Position numbers and translations under genes: made by a program. Below are positions 10,180-18,147 of a stretch of DNA of 59,968 nt, one piece after another. This DNA comes from a candidate division WOR-3 bacterium (lineage in GTDB: Bacteria > Hydrothermota > Tepidihabitantia > Tepidihabitantales > Tepidihabitantaceae). Under the pieces are notes generated by a model that worked only from the letters and a program-made list of their open reading frames with translations, had not been told where the DNA came from and did no database searches. Where the stretch lies: positions 1-59,968 of the forward strand of contig CBFGJT010000008.1 in assembly GCA_965649165.1 (NCBI GenBank), written 5' to 3'. Within the stretch, counting starts at the first letter, position 1; every line of letters starts with the position of its first letter.

Positions 10180-10206
10180 GTGTTAATTTTTTTAAAAAAG
10201 TAACAA
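10180..10206. promoter_or_regulatory. putative NikR operator GTGTTAA-N13-GTAACAA
   Basis: imperfect palindrome with a T7A6 spacer; resembles the GTGTTAC-N13/14-GTAACAC motif proposed for deltaproteobacterial NikR; overlaps the -10 box. Confidence 0.75.
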
Positions 10207-10224
10207 TAAAAATTTTTAAGTCAA
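10197..10224 (-). promoter_or_regulatory. sigma70 promoter of the nikR/metal-uptake operon (TTGACT-16-TACTTT, extended TG)
   Basis: -35 at 10224-10219 and -10 at 10202-10197 on the minus strand. Confidence 0.65.
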
Positions 10225-10243
10225 GTTCGGCGGCCGACCTTGA

Positions 10244-12049
10244 TCAGGCGCGGAGATGCAGGTACCGGTAGATTGTCTCGGCCAGGTTTGCACCCATCCC
10301 TGGAACTTGGGCGATCTCGCTCACACTGGCACCGCGTAGCCGGGCGAGGGAACCGAAATGCCGGAGCAACGCCTGGCGCCGCGCCGGACCGATCCCCGGA
10401 ATCGCATCCAGCTCCGACTCCAGTAGCTTCCTGCCCCGCAGTTTGCGGTGGAGAGTTATTGCGAACCGGTGCGACTCATCCCGGATCCGCTTCAGCAGTT
10501 TGAGCGCGGGCGAAGTCACCGGAATTGAAATCTCCCGACCGTCAAGGTAATACAAGGTGTCAGTCCGCTTTGCCAGTCCCAGGATCGGAATTTCCCGATC
10601 AAACTGATGGTAGGCGCGCAGCGCGGCTGAAAGCTGACCTTTACCGCCGTCCACCAGCACCAGATCCGGCAGCGGCAGACCCTTTTCCAGTAGTCCCTGT
10701 ACCCGCCGCGCCAGCACCTCCTCAATCATAGCAAAGTCGTTCGGACCACTGACCGTCCGGATCCTGAACCGGCGATACTGGTTCTTGACCGGTCGGTCAT
10801 CCCGGAACACCACCACCGAGCCGACCGCATTCGTGCCCTGAGTATTGGATATGTCCACACCTTCAATCACCCGGGGTGGTGAGGGCAAATTAAGAATTGC
10901 TGCCAGCTCCTCATTGGCTTTCGAAATCCGCCGCGCCGGCGGCACCAGCTCCACCAGCGTCTTCTCCGCATTCCGTTGTGCCAGCTCCCGCAGTCTGAGC
11001 CTGGCACCCCGCTCCGGAACGACAATTCGCACCCGCCTGCCAGCCCGTCCGCTCAGCACCTGCTCATACAGCTCAGCACTGGGTACGGCTGCCGGCAGAA
11101 CGATCTCCTCCGGTAGATCCGCGGTATGGGCGAACACCGAGCGCAGCACCCCTTCCAGAATTTCCGCGTCACTGACCGTCTCATCCGCGGACAGCGGATA
11201 CTGCTCGCGGGCAACAATCCTGCCCTCCCGGACCCGGAATACTACCGCCACTGCTGCCCTCTTCCCCTTTGCCAGTCCGACCACATCCCGACTTGTCCGG
11301 TCCGGTGCGACCACCTCCTGATGCCGGACAATCTCACGCAGTGCCAAAAGCTGGTCGCGCAGAATTGCCGCCTGCTCGTAGCGCTGGGCCTTTGCCTCCT
11401 GCCACATCCGCTTCTCCAGTTCCTCAATCAGCCCCTCGGACCTGCCAGCGAGGAATTTGATCACATCCCGGACTAGCTGGCGGTAGCGCTCAGAACTAAT
11501 ACTGCCGGTGCAGGGGCCAAGGCAGCGTCTCACCTGAAAATTGAGGCAGGGCGGTCGGGGTTCGGGCTCGGGCAGTTCCCGCCTGCAGGTCCGCAGCTTG
11601 AAGATCCGGCGCACCGCCTGCAGTGCCCGGCGGAGCTCGCGCGCACTCGTATAAGGTCCGAAGAGCACCGAGCCATCAGGCTTGATATTTCGGGTGATGA
11701 AGATCCGGGGAAAGGGCTCATGAATTGTGATCTTAAGATAGGGATACTTCTTGTCATCCCGGAGTCGGACATTATAGCGCGGCTTTTTGATCTTGATCAG
11801 GCTCTCTTCGAGCAGCAGCGCCTCAGTCTCGGAACGGGTGACAATCGTCTCTACCGTCTCAACCCGTGCCACCAGCGCTGCCAGCCGCGGATCAGACTGG
11901 GGCTGAGTATAGGCACGCAGCCGGTCGCGCAGACTCCGCGCCTTGCCGATATAGAGGACCTTACCGCTGCGGTCCTTGAGCAGATAGACACCGGGTTCAG
12001 CCGGCGCTGCCTGCACTTCAGCGATAAACTGCGAATCAGCAGCGGCCAT
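10244..12049 (-). CDS. uvrC: excinuclease ABC subunit C
   Basis: GIY-YIG (PGVY...LYIGKA), KKYPYLKIT, Cys cluster, IEGVDIS, LVDGGKGQL, RIRDESHRFA, HhH tail. Confidence 0.97.
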   Translation of the reverse strand: MAAADSQFIAEVQAAPAEPGVYLLKDRSGKVLYIGKARSLRDRLRAYTQPQSDPRLAALVARVETVETIVTRSETEALLLEESLIKIKKPRYNVRLRDDKKYPYLKITIHEPFPRIFITRNIKPDGSVLFGPYTSARELRRALQAVRRIFKLRTCRRELPEPEPRPPCLNFQVRRCLGPCTGSISSERYRQLVRDVIKFLAGRSEGLIEELEKRMWQEAKAQRYEQAAILRDQLLALREIVRHQEVVAPDRTSRDVVGLAKGKRAAVAVVFRVREGRIVAREQYPLSADETVSDAEILEGVLRSVFAHTADLPEEIVLPAAVPSAELYEQVLSGRAGRRVRIVVPERGARLRLRELAQRNAEKTLVELVPPARRISKANEELAAILNLPSPPRVIEGVDISNTQGTNAVGSVVVFRDDRPVKNQYRRFRIRTVSGPNDFAMIEEVLARRVQGLLEKGLPLPDLVLVDGGKGQLSAALRAYHQFDREIPILGLAKRTDTLYYLDGREISIPVTSPALKLLKRIRDESHRFAITLHRKLRGRKLLESELDAIPGIGPARRQALLRHFGSLARLRGASVSEIAQVPGMGANLAETIYRYLHLRA

Positions 12050-12073
12050 AAAATTTATTCAGAATGAGAAGGT

Positions 12074-13531
12074 TCAACCCTTGACGACACCCAGCGGCCG
12101 CATCCGGGCGACCTTGCGGGCGATGCCGGCGCGGTGGCACACCTCAACCACCTGATCCACATCCTTGTAGGCGTCCGGCACCTCCTCGTTCAACACCTCC
12201 CGGCTTGCCGCCATCACCACAATCCCCTTTGTCCGCAGTTCCGCGGCAACATTCCGGCGTTTGGTCACCTCCAGTGCCTTGGTCCGGGACCAGACCCTGC
12301 CCGCACCGTGACAGGCAGAGCCGAAGGTCTGCTGCATGGCGGTTTCGGTGCCAAGCAGCAGATAGGAGCTGGTGCCCATGTCACCAGGAATCAGCACCGG
12401 CTGACCCAGGTGCCGGTACTTTGCCGGCAGTGCGGGATGGCCGGGTGCGAATGCCCGGGTCGCACCTTTCCGGTGGACACACACCTTAACCCGCTTGCCG
12501 TTGATCTCATGCTCCTCAATCTTGGCGATGTTGTGAGCGACATCATAAACCTGGGTCATGCCCAGTCGCTCAATCGGCAGGCCGAGAACCTGAGTAAACG
12601 CCTCCCGGACCCAGTGGGTGATTGCCTGCCGGTTTGCCCAGGCATAATTGGCGGCCGCAACCATGGCGCCGAAATACCGTTTCCCCTCAGGCGAATCCAG
12701 CGGTGCGCATGCCAGCTGCCGGTCCACCAGTGTAATCCCGTATTTTCTTGCAGCGGCAACCAGCGACTTCACATTGTCATCACAGATCTGATAGCCCAGA
12801 CCTCGGGAGCCGGTATGAATCATCACCGTAATCTGGCCCTGATGGATACCCAGCGCCTCAGCCGCCTTCTGGTCATAGACTTCAACCACCTCCTGGATCT
12901 CCAGGAAGTGATTGCCCGCACCCAGTGTACCCAGCTGGGGCATACCCCGCTCCAGCGCCCGCTGCGAAACCCCGGTAAGGTCCGCGCCCGCCATCGCGCC
13001 ATGCTCCTCAGTATACTCCAGGTCTTCAGGCGTGCCGTAACCCTGCTCCACCGCCCAGCGTGCACCCCGGGTCAGTACCTGCGCCACCGTATCCTTGGAG
13101 ATCCGGATCTTGCCGGTTGAACCGACGCCGGAAGGCACATTGTGAAAGATCGCCCGCACCAGTTTCTCCAGGAGTTCGGGCTTCAGGTCCTTCCTTTCCA
13201 GATTGGTGCGCAAGAGCCGCACTCCGCAGTTGATGTCATAGCCGACACCACCGGGGGAAATAATTCCGTTTGAGACCTCAAACGCCGCCACCCCGCCGAT
13301 CGCAAACCCGTAACCCCAGTGGATGTCGGGCATTGCCAATGAACAGCAGACAATCCCAGGCAGGGTAGCAACATTGGCAACCTGCTCCGGCGCCATGTCC
13401 GCCTTCACGGTTTCAATCATCCGGTCATCCGCATAGATGATGCCGTCAACCCGCATCTCCGGCTTGTAGGACCTCGGGATCCGGAACCGGGTCTCGTCAA
13501 GTTTCTCCAGTGGTCCGTTCCAGCCTGCCAT
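12074..13531 (-). CDS. rtcB: RtcB RNA 3'-phosphate/5'-OH ligase (long, archaeal/eukaryote-like type)
   Basis: 485 aa from ATG 13531; MPDIHWGYG, GYDINCGVR, GAGNHF, HTGSRG, HNIAK, HRKGAT, HGAGR. Confidence 0.95.
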   Translation of the reverse strand: MAGWNGPLEKLDETRFRIPRSYKPEMRVDGIIYADDRMIETVKADMAPEQVANVATLPGIVCCSLAMPDIHWGYGFAIGGVAAFEVSNGIISPGGVGYDINCGVRLLRTNLERKDLKPELLEKLVRAIFHNVPSGVGSTGKIRISKDTVAQVLTRGARWAVEQGYGTPEDLEYTEEHGAMAGADLTGVSQRALERGMPQLGTLGAGNHFLEIQEVVEVYDQKAAEALGIHQGQITVMIHTGSRGLGYQICDDNVKSLVAAARKYGITLVDRQLACAPLDSPEGKRYFGAMVAAANYAWANRQAITHWVREAFTQVLGLPIERLGMTQVYDVAHNIAKIEEHEINGKRVKVCVHRKGATRAFAPGHPALPAKYRHLGQPVLIPGDMGTSSYLLLGTETAMQQTFGSACHGAGRVWSRTKALEVTKRRNVAAELRTKGIVVMAASREVLNEEVPDAYKDVDQVVEVCHRAGIARKVARMRPLGVVKG

Positions 13532-13538
13532 ATATTTA

Positions 13539-13567
13539 ATTATAATTCCCAAAGCTCGGCAGGTCAA
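13539..13567 (-). promoter_or_regulatory. leaderless promoter of rtcB (TTGACC-17-TATAAT, 7 nt before ATG)
   Basis: near-consensus boxes; no SD. Confidence 0.8.
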
Positions 13568-13812
13568 CAGCAAAGACAAGATCCCGCTGTCCGGGCACCA
13601 CCCGTCAAAAGCGCCAGCTATGCCAACAACCGTGGGGGAAACTGCCCAGGGGGGAGGGTTTTTCAGGGTGCAATTCAGCAAGTTATTGAATAATTATTAG
13701 ATAAAAAGACGGGTCAATCCTGCATTAGTCTAAATTACTTTTTTTCAGCAGGAGAGCGGATTAGTGCCCTTCTGTGTTCAATCTGTGAAATTTTGCATTG
13801 TGAAAAGGGGCT

Positions 13813-13883
13813 ACTCGACTCGGCTACGCCTCGCTCGGCATGGCAAAGAGTGGCAAACTCATTTTGACCAAAGCCCGAAGGGC
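13813..13883. repeat. REP-like palindromic element (single copy in window)
   Basis: CTCGACTCGGCTACGCCTCGCTCGG followed by hairpins GAGT-GGCAA-ACTC and GCCC-GAA-GGGC; resembles CTTCGACT...CGCTCAG-type REPs from memory. Confidence 0.35.
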
Positions 13884-13976
13884 GGAGGAAGGAAATCGCT
13901 CATCAGCCGCCGGATTCCCTGCGGGTGTTCTGGTGATGCTTGACCGGTTCTGGCCGCTGATTATGCTGGGATTGAG

Positions 13977-14411
13977 GTGAGGTCGCTTGCCCAGTTTTAC
14001 CAGGAGCGGGTGCTTTCGTTTCCACAGCGGCAGCGGCGCCGGCTGCCCGGGGTAAAGCCAGGAGGTGAAATCAGAGTTGAGCCAGGGCTGTTCGGCTGGC
14101 GGGTGATTGCGGACCGGCACATCCTGTCCTGCCGTTCCGAGGCCGAAGCGCAGTTTATTCGGTTCGGGCTGGAACTCGGACTGGAGGAGATCGAAGTGCC
14201 GGTGGATGACGGTTATCTCCTGGAGATCCTGCCGGAGCTGGCGGAGCTAAAGGCGGAAATTGATGCGGTGATGAACCGCTACCTTGACAAGGTCAGCAGT
14301 CGCAAGGTGGGGACTCGGGTCCGGCAGCGGGTTTACTCCCGGCTGCTTTGGAAGGATCGTGATGCACCGCGCTGTCGCAGGGGCAGAAAGGGCCGTTATC
14401 CGCAGGACTGA
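13977..14411 (+). CDS. hypothetical protein
   Basis: 144 aa filling the gap before alaS; preceded by TTGACC-16-TATGCT (13940-13967); helical CRSEAEAQFIR...VPVDDGYLLEILPEL. Confidence 0.7.
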   Translation: MRSLAQFYQERVLSFPQRQRRRLPGVKPGGEIRVEPGLFGWRVIADRHILSCRSEAEAQFIRFGLELGLEEIEVPVDDGYLLEILPELAELKAEIDAVMNRYLDKVSSRKVGTRVRQRVYSRLLWKDRDAPRCRRGRKGRYPQD

Positions 14412-14420
14412 GGGAATTAC

Positions 14421-14449
14421 TTGAAGAAAATCACAATTCTTGGTAAAAT
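14421..14449 (+). promoter_or_regulatory. leaderless promoter of alaS (TTGAAG-17-TAAAAT, extended TG, 8 nt before ATG 14458)
   Basis: boxes read directly from sequence; no SD. Confidence 0.7.
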
Positions 14450-14457
14450 CGCTTAAT

Positions 14458-17046
14458 ATGAATCATCGGGAGCTGCGCCGGACCTTTCTTGAGTTTTATG
14501 CGGAGCGGGGGCACAAGATTGTGCCCAGCTCGTCGCTGATTCCGCGTGATGACCCGACGCTGCTTTTTACCAGCGCGGGGATGGTGCAGTTCAAGGCGCT
14601 GTGGGCGGGTGCGGTGGAGCTGCCCTACCGGCGGGCATGTTCAATCCAGAAGTGTCTGCGGGCATCGGATCTGGAGCAGGTGGGCAGGACTCCGCGGCAC
14701 TGCACCTTCTTTGAGATGTTGGGTAACTTTTCATTCGGCGACTATTTCAAGGCGGAGGCGATTCCCTGGGCCTGGGAGTATCTGACCCGGGTGGTGAAGC
14801 TGGATCCGGCGCGGCTGTATGTCTCGGTCTATCGCGAGGATGATGAGGCTTACGAGGTGTGGCATAAAGTTGTGGGTCTGCCCGAGACCCGGATTTACCG
14901 GCTGGGTGAGAAGGATAACTTTTGGGGTCCGGCCGGCGGGACTGGGGCGTGTGGACCCTGCTCCGAGATTTACTGTGATCTGGGACCGGAATTCGGGTGT
15001 GGCAGAGAGAGCTGTGGTCCGGGGTGCGACTGTGACCGGTTCAGCGAGATCTACAATATCGTCTTTCCCCAGTTCAACCAGCTGCCCGATGGCACCAGGG
15101 TGCCGCTCAAGAATCGGGGGATTGATACTGGTATGGGGCTGGAGCGGCTGGCGATGGTCTCGCAGGGAAAGAAGAGCATCTTTGAGACCGATCTATTCAG
15201 TCCGGTTGTCCGGGCGACTGAGGAGATTCTCGGGCTGGAACTGAGCCTTGACAACCGCCAGTTGTTCTATGTTGCTGCGGATCACAGCCGGGCGCTGACC
15301 TTTGCGATCGCCGACGGGGCAATTCCTTCCAACGAGGGCCGGGGCTATATCCTGCGTAACATTCTGCGTCGGGCACTGCTCTTTGCCCATCGGCACAATG
15401 TCCAGGAGCCGTTTCTCTACCGGGTTTCGAGTGCGGTGGTGGAGCTGATGCGGCAGTTCTATCCTGAGCTCGGGGCAAAGCGGGAGCAGGCAGCCTTGAT
15501 CATCCGGGCCGAGGAGGAGCGGTTTCTGCGCACGCTTGATGCCGGGTTGGAGCTGTGGGCGGAGGTGGTGGATCGGTACCGCAGCACCGGTGTGATTCCC
15601 GGTACGGAGCTTTTCCGGCTCCATGACACCTACGGCTTTCACATTGAGCTGGTGGCCGAGCTTGCCCGGGATGCCGGGCTGGAGCTGGACCGTGCCGGCT
15701 TTGAGCAGGCGATGCAGGAGCAGCGGGAGCGGAGCCGGAAGGCAAGCTTCATCGCTGCTGGACAGGAGGCGGCACCGGTTGCCGGCTCCGGACCGCTGGA
15801 GTGTGAGTTTGTCGGTTATGATGAGGATGAGACCGAGACCGAGCTGGTGAGTCTAAGCCGGCTGGATGACGGTAGTTATGAGCTGGTGCTCAAGAAAAGC
15901 CCGTTCTATGCGGAGAAGGGCGGGCAGGTGGGTGACACCGGTAGGGTGGTCGGCGAAGGTTTTGAGTTTGAGATTCTGGACAGTTATTACCGGCACGGAA
16001 TCCGGCTGGTGCGGGCAAAGCTGAAGTCCGGAGAGCCGAAGCCCGGGCGGGTATTCGCTGCCATTGACAAGGAGCGGCGCCGGGAGATAGAGCGGGCACA
16101 CACCGCGACTCATCTGCTCCATGCTGCCCTGCGCCGGATTGTCGGTGATTATGTCAAGCAGGAGGGGTCACTCGTTGAGCCGGGCCGGCTCCGGTTTGAC
16201 TTTTCCGCCTTTGAACCGCTCAAGTCGGAACAGCTGACTGCGGTGGAACGGCTGGTCTATGAGCAGGTGATTGCGGACATCCGGGTGGAAAGGCTGGTGG
16301 ATGTGCCGCTGGAGGAGGCGCAGCGGATGGGCGCGCTGGCATTTTTCGGCGAGGAGTATGGTGAGCGGGTGAATGTGCTCAAAATCGGCGATTTTTCCAT
16401 CGAGCTATGCGGTGGCACCCATCTGCGTCGGACCGGTGAGATCGGGATGTTCCGGATCACTGCTGAGACCGGAGTGGCGGCAGGCATCCGCCGAATCGAG
16501 GCGCTCGTCGGCCGACAGGCGTTTGAGCGGGTCGGAGCGGAGCGGGCAACGCTGGACAGGCTGGCGGAGGAGCTGGGGGTGGGTGAGGCCGGGCTGGTGA
16601 AGCGGGTGCAGGCACTGAATGAGGAGCTGAAACGGTTGAGCAACCGGGTCCGCCAGCTTTCCGCTCAACTGGCACGCCAGGAGGCGGACCGGCTAGTGGC
16701 AAAAGCTGAACAGGCAGGACCGGTCCGACTGGTGGTCGGTTATTATCCGTTCTTTGAGGTTGATGAGCTGCGGGTGATCGCAGACCGAGTGCGGGAGGTA
16801 CTGACCGGCAGTTATGCTGGGCTGCTGACCGGGGCGGTGAGCGGGCCCAGGTTGAGATATGTGGTTTTTGTCAGTCCGGAACTGCAGACAAGACTGCCCG
16901 CCGGAAAGCTGGCAAAGCTGGTTGGTCAGGCGTTGGGCGGTGGTGGTGGCGGCAGACAGGACATTGCCGAAGGGGGCGGTGCGGTTGATCGGTTGAGTGC
17001 GGGCGAGCAGGCCTTTCGCCTGGTGCTGACTGAACTTCCAAGTTAA
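14458..17046 (+). CDS. alaS: alanine--tRNA ligase
   Basis: DPTLLFTSAGM, HCTFFEMLGNFSFGDYFK, IDTGMGLER, editing HTATHLLH and CGGTH, C-terminal GGGGGR. Confidence 0.98.
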   Translation: MNHRELRRTFLEFYAERGHKIVPSSSLIPRDDPTLLFTSAGMVQFKALWAGAVELPYRRACSIQKCLRASDLEQVGRTPRHCTFFEMLGNFSFGDYFKAEAIPWAWEYLTRVVKLDPARLYVSVYREDDEAYEVWHKVVGLPETRIYRLGEKDNFWGPAGGTGACGPCSEIYCDLGPEFGCGRESCGPGCDCDRFSEIYNIVFPQFNQLPDGTRVPLKNRGIDTGMGLERLAMVSQGKKSIFETDLFSPVVRATEEILGLELSLDNRQLFYVAADHSRALTFAIADGAIPSNEGRGYILRNILRRALLFAHRHNVQEPFLYRVSSAVVELMRQFYPELGAKREQAALIIRAEEERFLRTLDAGLELWAEVVDRYRSTGVIPGTELFRLHDTYGFHIELVAELARDAGLELDRAGFEQAMQEQRERSRKASFIAAGQEAAPVAGSGPLECEFVGYDEDETETELVSLSRLDDGSYELVLKKSPFYAEKGGQVGDTGRVVGEGFEFEILDSYYRHGIRLVRAKLKSGEPKPGRVFAAIDKERRREIERAHTATHLLHAALRRIVGDYVKQEGSLVEPGRLRFDFSAFEPLKSEQLTAVERLVYEQVIADIRVERLVDVPLEEAQRMGALAFFGEEYGERVNVLKIGDFSIELCGGTHLRRTGEIGMFRITAETGVAAGIRRIEALVGRQAFERVGAERATLDRLAEELGVGEAGLVKRVQALNEELKRLSNRVRQLSAQLARQEADRLVAKAEQAGPVRLVVGYYPFFEVDELRVIADRVREVLTGSYAGLLTGAVSGPRLRYVVFVSPELQTRLPAGKLAKLVGQALGGGGGGRQDIAEGGGAVDRLSAGEQAFRLVLTELPS

Positions 17047-18143
17047 ATTCCTGATTCGGGCGGCAGAGCCGTCCGCTGCAGAATCTTCCGGACAAGATCC
17101 AGTCGCTCTAGTGTATCCTCCTGATATTCGGGCAGGAGGTCGTAATTTCTGGTCATATACTTGGGCCAGGAGTAGCGCTCCTGGGTCATGAAGTCCAGCG
17201 CCGAAACTGTGTCCTCATCCTTCAGGAAGTGACAGATCTGCCTTTCCACCTCCGGATAGATCGGCAGATAGCAGGAAAGGGTCATCGCATAGCGATCCAG
17301 AGTTACCGGCCTGCCTTCACTTACCAGTACCGCGAGCCGGAGCTGGCGGGGTGTGAACCGTTTTTTGCGGAGCATGCCGAGCAGGTATCGTGCCTCTGCG
17401 GGGGTCAGGTCGGTGTCGGTGCTAACAGTTTTAAAGAACTGGTCAATCAGCAGTTCACCCGCACGGGTCCCGGAAAGAAACCAGAGGCGCCCAACCGCAG
17501 CTTTTATGAAATTCAGGGCGTTACGGCAGCGGTCCAGGTCATCGTATTTTAGGTAATTCCGCTGACGGACAAATTTGAGCGCCTGCTCCGGATCAGTGAG
17601 CAGGACACCGCCGACCCGGAGCGGGCCGAGAAAACGGGTCAGCACCCGGAAAAGCATCCGGAAGGTGTCAAAGTCCAGGGCAACATACCGGTGAATTTTG
17701 ATGCCGAGCAGGTGTTCCAGAGTCTGACGCAGCAGGGGCACGCCACCCAGGGCAAGGGTATGGGTCAGTTTTTCCATCCGGTTGAAATCGGTCCGGTCCG
17801 CGGCAACGGTGATCCCCGGAACTTCAACCAGCAAATCCCGGGGAATGGAGATAAGACTGACCCGGTTCAATTCAAAGTTTATATGGGCAATGATGACAAT
17901 ATCCGAATGGGCGGTCTTTTCGCGGGCGATCCGAGTAATACCGCCCCGGTCCTGAGCCGGATTAAGCGCCCGGGCATCGCTGCCGACCAGGAGGATGTTG
18001 AAGCTGTTGCCGGTCTCATTCAAGAGCGATACGGGCTTACTGGTACTGCGGGGGGAAAGGATAAAGATTACTGCGCTCATGATAGCCAGCATCAGGATAC
18101 CGGTAAGTAGGAGAATCAGCCAGTCGGTTTTTCCCCGCGCCAT
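17043..18143 (-). CDS. LytR/CpsA/Psr (LCP) family protein
   Basis: N-terminal TM; NILLVGSD, HSDIVII, SIPRDL, ALKFVRQR, DDLDR. Confidence 0.8.
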   Translation of the reverse strand: MARGKTDWLILLLTGILMLAIMSAVIFILSPRSTSKPVSLLNETGNSFNILLVGSDARALNPAQDRGGITRIAREKTAHSDIVIIAHINFELNRVSLISIPRDLLVEVPGITVAADRTDFNRMEKLTHTLALGGVPLLRQTLEHLLGIKIHRYVALDFDTFRMLFRVLTRFLGPLRVGGVLLTDPEQALKFVRQRNYLKYDDLDRCRNALNFIKAAVGRLWFLSGTRAGELLIDQFFKTVSTDTDLTPAEARYLLGMLRKKRFTPRQLRLAVLVSEGRPVTLDRYAMTLSCYLPIYPEVERQICHFLKDEDTVSALDFMTQERYSWPKYMTRNYDLLPEYQEDTLERLDLVRKILQRTALPPESGI

Positions 18144-18147
18144 TGTC

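Noticed and set aside
12134-13120. Long antisense ORFs (also 35836-36801, 40571-41620, 50679-51650, 957-1607 and others)
   Set aside because: Shadow frames opposite well-supported genes in GC-rich DNA, with no motifs or start signals
13840-13890. GGCAAA...CAAAGC resembling a c-di-GMP-I riboswitch
   Set aside because: No GAAA-tetraloop P2 or GACGCAAAGC core, and it lies upstream of the downstream gene's promoter
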